42,359 nucleotides of DNA from Jimgerdemannia flammicorona (GCA_003990765.1 RBNJ01000091.1:1-42359); one strand, 5' to 3'; counted from the first letter of the stretch, positions 1 to 11,450 are shown. A program made the numbers and translations. The notes: a model not told the origin generated them from the letters alone.

Positions 1-20
1 AAAAAAAAAAAAAAAAAAAA

Positions 21-60
<40 letters not shown>
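1..60 (+). repeat. Poly-A tract at the window edge
   Basis: 60 nt of almost pure A, interrupted only by 'tat'. Origin (retro-tail, microsatellite or assembly edge) cannot be determined. Confidence 0.9.
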
Positions 61-63
<3 letters not shown>

Positions 64-169
64 AGAACAAAGCTGTTGAGTCAATTGAGAGAGTAAAGCT
101 ATTGAGTTGATAGTCTCAAATTAATTAAGAATAAGTTTAATTTATATTTTATTTTATAATATTATTAGA

Positions 170-1002
170 TTTATTTTTACTTGGCAAATTATGGCTATAG
201 AGTATAAGAAAATTATTTTGTATACAGATAATTACTCTGGTCAAAACAAGAATAATACTTTGATAAAATATCTATATTAGAGAATAGTAGTAAAACTATA
301 TACCAAATCACATTAAGATTTATATATAGTAGCAGAATATACAAAATTTAGTTCTGATGGATTTTTTGGTCTTTTTAAACTCAAGCTCAGATCAGTATTT
401 TAAAATAATTATATATATTTATTAATTATATTATTTATTATTATTATTATTAGAAAATCAGAAGTATATATAATTGATCAACTGGCAACAGTAGTAACAA
501 AATCAATACAGTATAATTATAATATTCCTCAACTTATTGTGGAATCTAATGGAGTACAAAATGTTTTTTCTATCAATGAGGCATTTTTTTAGAAAAATAT
601 TTCAAATACCTCAAATTTTATCTTATTATGAATTTCAATTTGATTCTAATCATATTGGACAAGTCTATGTAAAGAAAAATTCTCTAGATGAGAATGGAAA
701 ATGGTATAGTCTAATTTCTTTAAATTCAAGTTTTGTTACTGATAGTTTTCCACAAGAACTTTCTGCACATGGATTTACTGCTGAAAGAGCATGGTATTTG
801 TTTGAAAAAATTCGCCCTCATATTCTTACACAATTTCAAGAACAAACATGTCCAAAACCTCTTGTATCAAAACCATAAACAATTATATAGTTTTTTATTT
901 ATTTTATTTTTTATTGAAATAACTAGTTAACTGTATATAATTATTATAAATTATTTACGAGCAGTTAACACTCGATGGCCTCAATTGACTTGATGTGACG
1001 GC
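170..1002 (+). mobile_element. Decayed Sola-like DDD DNA transposase remnant (3' part) and probable element end
   Basis: Hand translation gives DNYSGQNKNNTLIKY (~227-272; family motif DNCxGQNKN) and EYTKFSSDGFFGLFK (~335-380; GHTKFxPD-like). Probable GT..AG intron at ~395-453. ORF 537-878 ends GFTAERAWYLFEKIRPH..TCPKP, a C-terminus typical of these transposases. A GC-richer segment ending ...GATGTGACGGC at ~1002 may be the terminal repeat (partner not in window). Confidence 0.6.
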
Positions 1003-1030
1003 ATACGTATCGCCAATGCCAATTTTACTT

Positions 1031-1177
1031 TAAATATAAATATTAATAACTATATGAATATATCTTCAAATTTAATGATTTTTGATGTACTGGATTCACC
1101 ATTCAAAGGTGAATTCAGTACATCAAAGATAATTAAATTTGGAAATATATTCATAGAGTTATTAATGTTTATATTTA
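1031..1177. repeat. Long inverted repeat/hairpin (70-bp arms, 7-nt loop)
   Basis: 1031-1100 is the reverse complement of 1108-1177 with 7 mismatches by hand alignment; loop ATTCAAA at 1101-1107. Confidence 0.9.
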
Positions 1178-1539
1178 CAGTCTGTGTTGGCTGAATTTTG
1201 GTATGTCGAGCAGTCAAGTCATCAAGCTGTGTTATTGATTTGAAGCCAAGTAGTCCCATCGATTGCCTATCGATTGAGCCAGTTTTTTATTTTATTTTAA
1301 TCTAAATTAAATAGTTTTAATCATCTCAATTTTGATATAAATGATTTTATGTCTTTTAAAATTCACAAATTATCCGTATTCATATGTAAAAAAACTACGT
1401 CATTTAATGACTGTGATATAATAGATTAAAATCTTATGAAATCTATTTTATTAATAACAAAATCAATTTTAAGTATTTCAAGTCACAGTAAGATTTTAAA
1501 AGTGGCGACCTCACATGTGTATATTGCAACGTGATTTCT

Positions 1540-1830
1540 CGCTACAACCTTATCTATCTTAGTCCAAGGTGTCTACTTACCTTTGACTACGACAACGACC
1601 TCAAATCAAGTTCAAAAGTGTCAGCACTCCCCGGCTTCATCAAAACTCGACACTTGCTAAGCACTATCGATGGGTTTTTGAACACCAATGACACCAGAAT
1701 CCTGGCCGATGAATATATGCCCGACACCGTCAGAAACTTCAAGTTCATCGACTATAGTCAAATATCCGATATGCGCGATAAAATTGTCGCCGAAACTCGC
1801 CAAATTAGCTTCAATTCGGACACGACAGCC
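1540..1830 (+). pseudogene. Internally deleted 5' fragment of the Zn-cluster gene family
   Basis: ORF 1531-1887 contains PRCLLTFDYDNDL, FLNTNDTRILADE and FIDYSQISDMRDK, matching PRCLFIFDYNNDL, FLNAYNSSILAEE and FIDYSQIPDTRDE of the full copies; no Zn cluster. Confidence 0.75.
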
Positions 1831-2426
1831 AATATGAGCAACATATTGGGACATACACAATCAAAAGGCGACTTGGGTTTATTATAACCTGAATATGATG
1901 CACCACGACAACAATGGTATAAATCGCTTGAAAGCCGTGAATATTAGCTAGCTGCCAAGGTACCACCACAACCAAGCCCCAGTTTTGTCATGTGTGTCAT
2001 TCTGCAAATCAATATCCTGTGGTGGCTTTGTCACGCGTCTCATCTGATTATATTACTCACTCCGATTGACCACCGTAAGTTGCAGAGCTTGTAGCCGCGT
2101 GGCATACATGCATCTCTCGACTTTCACAAAAGCTTGCAATAACCATAGTTTATTAGGATATGGGCATAAAACATAATAATAAGCTCTATAAAGGGGGCTG
2201 AAAGCATATTCATAGAAGAACGGGTATATGAAGTCGAGAATACATAATACAAAAAGCCCAATTCGAGGGTGCGTCATATGTTGATGTGATACTCAAATAA
2301 ATGACCCCGAACCCAATCAGGATTTACTTTATGTAAATTGGAAAAATTGAGATCGAGCACCTAATTTAGTAAATACGAAATACAACTTTTCGGGTGGAGC
2401 AGTTGGATGTGCTCGTCGGTAGTGTT

Positions 2427-3965
2427 TTACAACGTGCTGGGATCGGTTGTATCAGTATCGATATCCTTGAGGTCGCGAAAGTATTCCATAACAGGATGAC
2501 ATTCATGAGAGAAGAGCCAGTGTTCCTTATTGAAGACACTGTTGATCTTCCCGATACCACCGTGTTTTTTAAGAATTTGGAGATATGGGTTGACGTTGTA
2601 CCGGTCGTGGCAGCCATTGGTCCCGGAGACAATTTGGAGCAGATATTTGAGAGTTATTTTTCTAATATTCTCATCGGCATCATCAAGCTTGCTGCAGAGG
2701 TTTGTGATGATTGCGGTGGACTGCGTATTGTTTCCAAGGCAGGTCCTACCGAGTTGGTCGCATAGAGAGCACGGTACATCGCCAAAGCATTTTTTGTTGC
2801 TGTTCTTGCACCAAACACAAGCCTTTCCCGGAGATGCTCTTTTCTCTTTCTTGTCGGTGGTGTGGAGTCGACAACGCTTCTTCCTTTTCTTGCAGTCGGG
2901 ACACTTGCTGCATGGTACAAGATTCGTAGAGGCGATAGATGTGCTGAATAATTGCGGCGTGTCACTTGCAGAGGATTGGGTCACGAATGAAGGTTGTTCA
3001 GAGGATGCATGTAGCCTTTTAGACAGCGGGTTATGCGTGACCTCGACGCCTTCAAGTACAATGGAATAAGCTTGGGAAATGACGCCGGGTGGCAGGCTGG
3101 GGTCGGGCTCCGACTGTTGAGGACTTTCGTCATTGCGTTTGTGAAAAGGGATTTTGTACACAATGTCCATGCCGGCGTCACCTTTATCGAATCGGACAGT
3201 GGCATTGATATTGGGTTCGGGATGGTCTTGGAAATTATAGACGGCAACTTTCTCGAGGTACCCGTTCAATCCACCGCCATCTTCGGCATCTTTGTCGCTG
3301 TCACGCCGATTGCCGGACAGAGGAGTTGTGTCGGTATCCAAATCGAGGTGCCTCTGGAGGATATTGCTGTAGTCACCATATTGTCCATCACATTCTCCGG
3401 GCGCGATATTACGGTCGAAATTACTGCCGTTGTGATATAGGGGAATGTCCACAATGTCGATATCCAAGCTGAAGTTAGTTTCGGTGGCATTTTCATCGCG
3501 CGTGTCGGGGATTTGACTATAGTCGATAAACTCCGCGAAGTCTTCGATAGTGTGTGCGCTGTTGTCTTTGGGTTTCTCGGACAGATTTTCTTCGGCCAGG
3601 ATGTTGGAGTTATATGCGCTCAAAAAGCCTTCATCATTTTCCTCAGTGTTAATGTTTTTTATGTTTAGATTTCCTCCGGCGACTTGTAAATTGTTGAAAC
3701 CTCCTTGATCGGTTGCGTTGGGAAAATTGCTAAAATCGGTTAGTAGGTCAAGATTGCCTTGGATGTTTGATCCTAGCAAGTCTTGAAATTTGAGGTTGTT
3801 CATGCTGGTGGAGGGGCGTCTATCATCCATGAAGTCGGGGAACGAACTTGATTCGAGGTGTATTTGGAGGTCGTCGTTGCAATCAGTGAATGAACGCCTT
3901 AGATTTGGACAAGTGCAGATGCGGGGAGGAAGGTTGGAGACTTTTATGTATGCGTGCCCTTTCAT
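2427..3965 (-). CDS. Zn(II)2Cys6 (GAL4-type) cluster protein, copy 1, intronless
   Basis: Open frame (ORF-track start 3983 is TTG; first ATG at 3965). Canonical C-x2-C-x6-C-x5-C-x2-C-x6-C (CVWCKNSNKKCFGDVPCSLCDQLGRTC), preceded by CSKCPDCKKRKKRCRLH and a long Asp/Asn-rich region. N-terminal finger is degenerate relative to copy 3. Confidence 0.85.
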   Translation of the reverse strand: MKGHAYIKVSNLPPRICTCPNLRRSFTDCNDDLQIHLESSSFPDFMDDRRPSTSMNNLKFQDLLGSNIQGNLDLLTDFSNFPNATDQGGFNNLQVAGGNLNIKNINTEENDEGFLSAYNSNILAEENLSEKPKDNSAHTIEDFAEFIDYSQIPDTRDENATETNFSLDIDIVDIPLYHNGSNFDRNIAPGECDGQYGDYSNILQRHLDLDTDTTPLSGNRRDSDKDAEDGGGLNGYLEKVAVYNFQDHPEPNINATVRFDKGDAGMDIVYKIPFHKRNDESPQQSEPDPSLPPGVISQAYSIVLEGVEVTHNPLSKRLHASSEQPSFVTQSSASDTPQLFSTSIASTNLVPCSKCPDCKKRKKRCRLHTTDKKEKRASPGKACVWCKNSNKKCFGDVPCSLCDQLGRTCLGNNTQSTAIITNLCSKLDDADENIRKITLKYLLQIVSGTNGCHDRYNVNPYLQILKKHGGIGKINSVFNKEHWLFSHECHPVMEYFRDLKDIDTDTTDPSTL

Positions 3966-4299
3966 ATACCTCACACATGACAAGCCATATTAGGACTGGC
4001 GTTCTCGATCGTGGCTCAGCAGTCCGAAAACATTATTTTGCAGAGAATCACGTGCTTGTACCATCCAGGAGCAGTAAAAGCAAATATGTATGGTTAGACC
4101 CGGATTTTCACGCGTTTCAGAATCCTCATTGCAAGATCCGCTTCGGTGAGACCTAATGGCCGAGAAATAAATAAAGCGAAAACGGAGGCGAATAATAACA
4201 GTCACCGTGGCTTGTCTGATACATGGCAGCGAGTCACGTGCCCGTGTCTGTGATATCCGTCCACACCTCCACACCTACCACACAACTCCCCCATGAGTC

Positions 4300-5100
4300 C
4301 AACATTATACCTCTGCACCTAGACGGCCATCTCATTGGCCTCCGCCTCGCCTTCTCCAACTACCAGGACCGTCAACCAGGACCGTCTACTTGAGCCCGTT
4401 TGCAATCACCATCCACCTCCTCAGTGGAGTCGCCAAGAAATGGATCAAGGAATTCGCATTCAAGCGAAAAGAAACCAGTAGCGAGAAAAACACCGTATTC
4501 GAAATATCGACCTCTGCCCCAAACCCACTTCCAACCACAACCTTCCTCCCCCTACCACTCTTTTTCGGGATTTCTCCTCGTTTCCCATTGCCACCACCAA
4601 CTTCATTATTTCCAGCCTTCTTCTATGCCGCCATTTCGGAGACTCTGCCTTCCTCTATTTTTGTTACATCTCTCATGGCATACGGGTTCCACGGTGGACC
4701 CGTCGAGCTAGCGGTATACCAGGGAAGCCGTTCTCGGTGAGCACATCTTAAAATAAGATGAGCGGAAGTGGAGAGAAGGCGAAAAGGAGTGGTGATAGGA
4801 CCGATCGTGGTGGGCGTGATGGGCGAGTTGGTCGCGATTGGGTGAAAAATATGGTAAGGTATTGCAGCAAGCTGGATGCAGCAAGGTATTGCTGCCAGAT
4901 AGGAAATATCAATGTAGCATAAATGCTGTTAGAAAACAGAGTATTTCCAGAAAGCGGGACCAGGGGTGCAGTGTAAGCGATGGTCCAATGAACAAATGCC
5001 GTTCATCTTACTACCCCACACGTTCGATTTCATTGACCGACGTGAGCCATTCAGATGACATAAACGATTAGATGTTCCCGATACGCCCTCTGCTCGAACG
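4300..5100 (+). repeat. Upstream non-coding module B, copy next to gene copy 1
   Basis: Core GAATTCGCATTCAAGCGAA..GCGAGAAAAACACCGTA recurs at ~14350-15115 (+) and reversed at ~5955-6700, ~9760-10620, ~15970-16660 and ~18550-18955. No reading frame is conserved across copies. Confidence 0.8.
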
Positions 5101-5199
5101 TATCAAAACAATCCTGACATCCCTACCACACTTCTCTGGCCCAGGGTTGTCATTATATCATCGAGATAGTTTGCACTTGCACTTTCTTCCCTAGCGTTA

Positions 5200-5870
5200 C
5201 CTGGTCGTCCTATTCGTTCACGTGAAGTGGCAAATACAGTTTCGACATCACCGTTCGGCATGACCGACAACTCCAGGCCATCCGTCGGATCCTTCCAAAT
5301 CTGTTCCTGGCGTCTCGTCACACTATGGGTCGTTCTGACATACCATCGTGGTGTTTGCGTTGACGCGGCCATGGTTTAGAGAGCGTTAAAATTTACCTTT
5401 AGGTTCTAGCTAACATTACGCGGGCGATTTGTTATAATAAACAAGCATCGATTGGTTGTCGTCGAACACAGGTAAATTTTTACAATGTCTCGGGAAAACT
5501 AAACTGTCTCCACCAAAAGCAAAAAGCGTGCACACGACGGGTCATCCAAGACGGAGATAAGAACAGAAAGAACTATTTTATGAAGGGAGAATATGCAGTT
5601 TTTTGGATCTATAAGTAGACATTTTACAAGCACCGTTTCAAGACAGAATGCCGGACGACAAGGGTTTGCGGAACCGGTTTGCATGAACTGAGTGGACCGG
5701 AAATAGACAAAGCGTTCCATTCAAAAAGTGCCGGGGAGCGGAAGGCAGATGCAGACATCCCTTCGTTTTTCCGCTCGACTCGCGATATTCTCTTGGTTGA
5801 TCGTGGGGACCGACGACAAAAAGACGTTGCTACAATTGCAAGCTACTGATATCACTTCGTCGATGGGCGA
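5200..5870 (+). repeat. Non-coding module C
   Basis: TTCTAGCTAACATTACGCGGG..GTCGTCGAACAC..TTTACAATG and GCAGACATCCCTTCG recur at ~9340-9725, ~15170-15850 and ~17900-18345. Confidence 0.75.
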
Positions 5871-5954
5871 TAAATATTAACAACGGGAGCGGATGGCTCC
5901 CCCGTATGTGGACAACATTCTTGCATGAGAATTGTGATGAGGATGTCGGTCTAT

Positions 5955-6700
5955 TCATGCGTTCGAGAAGAGGGAGAATTACGAGGAAAGTCTTATCGTT
6001 TATATCGTCTGAATGACTCACGTCGGTCAAGAGTCCGAACGGATGAACAGTAAATAAACGATATTTGTTTATTGCACACGATCACTTACACTATACCCTC
6101 GGCTCCGCTTTCTGGATATGATGTGATTTCTAACAGCTTATATGCCACACTAAAAAAACCAACTTCAACAGAACCTTGTTCGCCCCACCAATGGCGACCA
6201 ACCCACTCACCAGCACGCCCGTCACGCCAACCACGACCGCATATCCCCCCGTTCTATCATCACTCCGTTTCGCCTTCTTTCCACCACCACTCTTCTTTTT
6301 CAAAACATGCCACACCGCGAACGGTATCCATGACATGGCATGGTATGCCGCCAGCCCGAAGAGTCCAATGTAGAACCCGTACGCCGCGAGTGGCCGTTGC
6401 AGGCAAGCGAGATGTAAGAAAGGACTAGGAAGGCCGAGTTTCCGAAATGGCAGCGTGGAAGGAGGCAGGTAACGACGAAGTGAGTGATGACAATGGGAAC
6501 GAAGAGAAATTCCGAAAAGGAGTGGTATGGAAGGAAGGTTGGTTGGAGTCCTGGTTGACATTTCAACTACGGCATTTTTCTCGCTACTGGTTTCCTTTCG
6601 TTGAATGCGAATTCCTTGATACCCACCTTGGCGGCCGGTTGAGGGAGGTGAATAGACGGGCTCAAGCAGATAGCCCTAGTAGAGGGGAGTAGGTAGCCGT
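5955..6700 (-). repeat. Module B inverted copy upstream of gene copy 2
   Basis: Reverse complement of ~4300-5100 (e.g. CTGAATGACTCACGTCGGTCAA at ~6009 versus TTGACCGACGTGAGCCATTCAG at ~5033). Confidence 0.8.
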
Positions 6701-6740
6701 TCAAGATCGTGGAGGCTAACTGTATGATTGCAGGATTTCT

Positions 6741-6884
6741 CTTTTCAGCGCTCAGCGCTCAGCACTGTGATTGGGCTCCACTTTTTCTCAGCGCTCAGCA
6801 CGTGATTGTGCCCCACTTTCTTTAGCGCTCAGCACTGTGATTGGTCACAACAAACTTTGCGGACCCCGCATTAGTATATATAAT
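6741..6884 (+). promoter_or_regulatory. Candidate promoter of copy 2: three ~35-bp repeats plus TATA-like box
   Basis: AGCGCTCAGCAC(T)GTGATTG occurs three times in 6741-6847, two ending in GATTGG (reverse CCAAT). TATATATAA lies ~50 nt before ATG 6929. Confidence 0.5.
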
Positions 6885-6928
6885 TGCTCCGGCTCATCCA
6901 TTCACTTCACCGCTGCTTATTCAAAAAC

Positions 6929-8321
6929 ATGTTCCCCAATTCCAACCTTCCTCACCGCATCTGTGTCCGCCCCACTCCAATTTGTTCATTCGTTCATTGT
7001 GACGACGACGTCCGAACACATCTTGGATCAAGTTCAGAATGTCAGCATGCCAATGTGTTCCCCGCCTTCATCGATGATACACACCCCTACGCCAGCATGA
7101 CCACCTTGAATTTCAAGATTTGCTAGGGTCAAACATCCGTTCTCCATTCGGCACTGTCGATGAAAATTTTATGGCCATTTTCCGAGGGAATCTTGACCTG
7201 CTATCCGGTTTCAATATTGCCACCGATCAGGAAATTTACAAGATGCACACGAGTTCATGGACTATAGCCGAATACCCGATACACCCGACGAAAATGCCGC
7301 CGAAACTAACTTCAGTTCGGATGCCAACATTATGTATTTCCCCTTATATCATCACGGCGGTGATTCCGACCTTAGTATCGCGACCGAAGAATATGGTGGC
7401 GACGGCAATAACCCCGATTTGGACAACACAACTTACCCAAGCAACCTTGATGCCAGCGACATAGATACCGAAAGTGACGGTGGATTAAACGGGTAAATCC
7501 GTAACCTCGTCGTCTATAATCTCCAAAACCATCCCAATATCACTGTTCCAATCAAAGAAAAAGGTGACACCAATATGGACATTACGTACAACATTCCCTT
7601 TCACGAACGCAATGGTGAAAGTATTCAAGAATCGGAGCCCGACCCCAGCCTTCCACCCAAAGCCATTTCCCGAGCTTATTCAATAGTTTCGGCGAACGTC
7701 TCAGAGGTCTATGGCATTGCACAAAATCTGCTGCCGAACAGAATCGATGCGTCCGTTAGACAGCCGACACAATCCTCTACAAGTGACACGTCGCAATTGT
7801 CCAGCATGTCTATCGCTACCACGAATCCTATACCGCACAGCAAGTGTCTCAATTGCAAGAAAAGGAAGAAGCGTTGTCGGCTCCACACCACCAACAAGAA
7901 GGAGAAAAGAACATCTCCGGGAAAGGCTTGTGTTTGGTGCAAGAACAGCAACAAAAAATGCTTTGGCAATGTACCGTACTATCTTTGCGATCAACTCGGT
8001 AGGACATGCCTTGGAAACAACGCGCAGTCTACCGCAATCATCACAAACCTCTGCAACAAGCTCGAAAATGCCGATGAGGATATTAGAAAAATGTCACTCA
8101 GATCTCTGCTCCAAATCGTCTCGGGGACCAACGGCTGCCACGATCGGTATAACTTCAACCCATATCTCCAAATTCTTAAGAAGCATGGTGGTATTGGAAA
8201 GATCAACGGTGTCCTCAATAGAGAACACTGGGTCTTCCCACATGAATGTTATCCTGTTATGACATACTTTCGCGGCCTCAAGGACATTGACGCCGACACG
8301 ACCGATCCCAGCACGCTATGA
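6929..8321 (+). pseudogene. Zn2Cys6 protein copy 2, disrupted (C-terminal 248-aa ORF 7575-8321 still open)
   Basis: Same start context (CTTATTCAAAAACATG) and N-terminus (MFPNSNLPHRIC) as copy 3. Frameshift at ~7110, deletion at ~7245, TAA at 7494-7496 where other copies have TAC. Fourth cluster Cys is replaced by Tyr (CFGNVPYYLC). Confidence 0.8.
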
Positions 8322-8759
8322 AACACTACCGATAAACACATCCAACTGCCCCATCTGAAAAGTTGCATTTCGTTTGTTGAATTGAGGCTCTCGACTCGAT
8401 TTTTCCTATTCACATAAAGCGGATCCTGTTTGGGTCGAAGCCATTTATTTGAGTATCACGTCGACGTATGGCGTTGGGCTTTTTGTGCTTTTTGTATTAC
8501 ATAGCCTCGATCTTTTCTATGCATATGCTTTCAGTCTTCTTTACGACCCTCTATTATTTTATATTTATGCACATTTTCTAAATAAACCATGGCCATTAAA
8601 AGTTCCTCGTGTTTTCTTGAGTTCCATATTGAGAAAGTCGCGTTTCACCCCAGAGATACGAGGGACAGTATGACGAGCAAATACGTCACCCATTTAACGT
8701 CGTAAAATCAGATGACACCCCTATGGACGGCTTTCCTCGACATGAACACGGAGATTCCC

Positions 8760-8960
8760 CAACTCCAATCTTACTAGTCTCAATCCAAGGTTTCTATTCA
8801 TACTTGACTGCGACGACAATCTCCGAACTCAAATTCAAAGCGTCAACGCCCCAACACTTCATCAATGAATAGAACCTCAAAATTCAACAATTGCCAAGCA
8901 CTGTTGGTAAGCTTTTGACTCTAGCAACTTGACCAATGAAAATCAGTCCGAAGACACCGT
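8760..8960 (+). pseudogene. 5' fragment of the Zn-cluster gene family
   Basis: CCCCAACTCCAATCTT..AATCCAAGGTTTCTATTCATACTTGACTGCGACGACAATCTCCGAACTCA matches the start of copy 3. Confidence 0.65.
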
Positions 8961-10620
8961 CGCTTGCATCTTGTTTAGTATTTCGCAAAACTCTTGAACT
9001 TGTTATGTTACTAACAATATGTAATATTTGACGTCACAGTTAATTTTTCGTATTTACAGGACTCTTATCCACGCCATCACTGAGCCCATGTGCATCCCAT
9101 CATCTCATTATATTTACTGTAGCAATACAATTATCCAAAAATTGCATGACGAGCACCTATCTAATCTACCCCGTCATCTTTGACTGTAAGAAACTTTAAA
9201 TCGCACCACATGACTCGCCGCCTAATGACGTTATGGGTATTGTCGGAATTCCTGGGCGGCAGCAGGGCTAGCGTACTCCTACAAGCCACAAGAGCCATCC
9301 GACCTATAAATTAGCATATTAAAACATTGGCATGCGTAAAAAAATGTTCCGTTTATTCTCTAGTTAATATTATGTAGACGATCAATTACAACAAACAGCC
9401 AGCTGCTCGTCTTGTCGAACATGTGAATGTTTTACAATGGCTGAATGACTGTAGAAGCCATCTCCCCCAAAATAGATGAGGGGGAATTATGGCCCAGCTG
9501 GTGGCGGGTTATTTCAAGGCTCCTTCATGCTGAACGGCGAGGGTTAGTGCGGATATTGAGACGAGGTGAACTGAAACACGGGGGCTAGTTACCTCTACAC
9601 GGAACGGAGTTATTCCATGGGAGTGGAGTGCAGGTGCAGACGTCCCTTCGCTTTTCCGCCCGACGCGTGCTCAAAAGAGGTAGCTATGATTACAAGCCAC
9701 TGTCGATGGACAAGGAATATTATCGGCGGGGGGGGGGTGGGTCCCTCGCTTTGGGCAACTGTCTCTATAATAGAGCGATGAGTCTGGGCGCAAAAATGAT
9801 GGTGAGTTTGTCAGGGGTTGCTTTGGTGTTTAGAAGAGAGTATAACAGAGATATTCTGATCGCTTGTGTTGGTCAATGAATCAGAACGGACAGATAGGTA
9901 TCGGATATAAGATGAACGTCATTTTTTCTTTGCACATCATTGCTTACACTACATCCGTGGGCCTGCTTTCTGGGTATGTCGTATTTTCTTATAGCTTATA
10001 CACTACACTAATGCTCCCTCCCTGGTAGTAATCTCTCACTGCACCATAAATCTTCAAATAATCTCGCCACAACAGAATCTTGTTCGCCTTCCCAATCGCG
10101 ACCAACCTACTAACCAGTACGTCCGTCACACCCTCCACAACCCCATCCTATCACCAAACTATTTCGCCTTCTCCAGACCACTACTCTTCTTTTTCAACAC
10201 GCCGCAACTCGAACGGCATTTCTGACACAGCATGGTATGTCGCCAGCCCAATAAATCCAACGTGGAATCCGTGAGTGGCCACCGCTGCAGAGTGAGCGAG
10301 ATATAAGGAAAATTGAGGAAACGAAGTGAGTTGCGACAATGGGAACGAGGGGAAATCCCGAAAAGGAGTGGTAGGTTGAATGTGGGGTGGTGGGAGAGGT
10401 TTGCATTTCGACTATGGCATTTTTCTCACTATTACTTTCCTTTCGCTTGAACGCGAGTTCCTTAATCCTCGCCTTGGCTGTTCCGTGAGGAGATGAACGG
10501 TGAAGGCACAGTAAATAATAACGGGTTCAAGGGGGTAGAGGGGGCGGCCGAGAAGGAGGTAGAGATCGACGTCGCCGAGGTTGGCGACGGTGATCTGGAG
10601 AGCGCGGAGGCCGACTGGAT

Positions 10621-10664
10621 GGTCAGAGTGCCATAGGGCGAAGGTCAGAGTGCCATAGGGCGGA
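10621..10664. repeat. 22-bp tandem duplication
   Basis: GGTCAGAGTGCCATAGGGCG(A/G)A twice; partial third copy at 10681. Confidence 0.85.
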
Positions 10665-10721
10665 GGCTTACTGGGTGGTCGTCAGAGTGTCATAGGTACA
10701 GTAGACGGAGTTGTATCGGAA

Positions 10722-10873
10722 ACAGGAGTGGGTGTGGTTCCAAGGAGTGGGTGTGGTTCCAAGGAGTGGGTGTGGTTCCAAGGAGTGGGTGTGGTTCCAA
10801 GGAGTGGGTGTGGTTCCAAGGAGTGGGGGTGGTTCCAAGGAGTGGGTGTGGTTCCAAGAAGTGGGTGTGGTGC
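10722..10873. repeat. 19-bp G-rich minisatellite, 8 units (CAAGGAGTGGGTGTGGTTC)
   Basis: Head-to-tail units with no spacers; first, sixth and last units carry variants. Confidence 0.95.
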
Positions 10874-11194
10874 TTGTGTTGCGGACAATGAGTAAATACG
10901 TCACCTATTATAGCATTTGCTACGGCGACTTTCTCACGTGAACACGTGAGAAGAATGCCACATGAGGATCGCCATATGATCATATTAGACTAAAAGGCTT
11001 TTTCTTCAAAAGCGACATAAAGTCGGACTTCACGTGTCCATGCCATATAAATGCAGTGTATGGCATCAGAATTTCATGGGACAAGGATCTGGGGCGCCGC
11101 GTCTCTAAGCCACCTGAGGCGGACCCGATGACAGCTTTTCTCACGTGAGAAGAACATTGCCACCGGAGTAGAACTTGATTTTCACGCTGGCACA

Positions 11195-11450
11195 TAGTTA
11201 CCATCCAATACTTCCACTTCACTACCACTACAATCTTTTCTGTCTCGACGACGACCTCGAATTAAGTTCAAATTGTCAGCGCGCAATGGCACTGTCGATG
11301 AGGTTTTACTCCTGCATCCTGACCGATGAATATCTGTCCGACACCGTCGGAAACTTCAAGTTCATCGACTGTAGTCAACTATCCGATACACGCGATAAAA
11401 TTTGCCGCCGAAACTCACCAATCTAGCTTCAGTTCGGACACATTCGTAGT
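11195..11450 (+). pseudogene. 5' fragment of the Zn-cluster gene family (duplicate of 1540-1830)
   Basis: ILTDEYLSDTVGNFKFIDCSQLSDTRDK matches ILADEYMPDTVRNFKFIDYSQISDMRDK. Confidence 0.7.

Noticed and set aside
2366-3496. Overlapping alternative-frame and antisense ORFs repeated at each Zn-cluster copy (e.g. 2530-3069, 12211-12753)
   Set aside because: Their recurrence is explained by duplication of the real gene; they show no independent motifs.
10722-10873. CRISPR array or true telomere
   Set aside because: Units are contiguous with no unique spacers, the context is eukaryotic with no cas genes, and the array is internal with a relative in a paralogous module.
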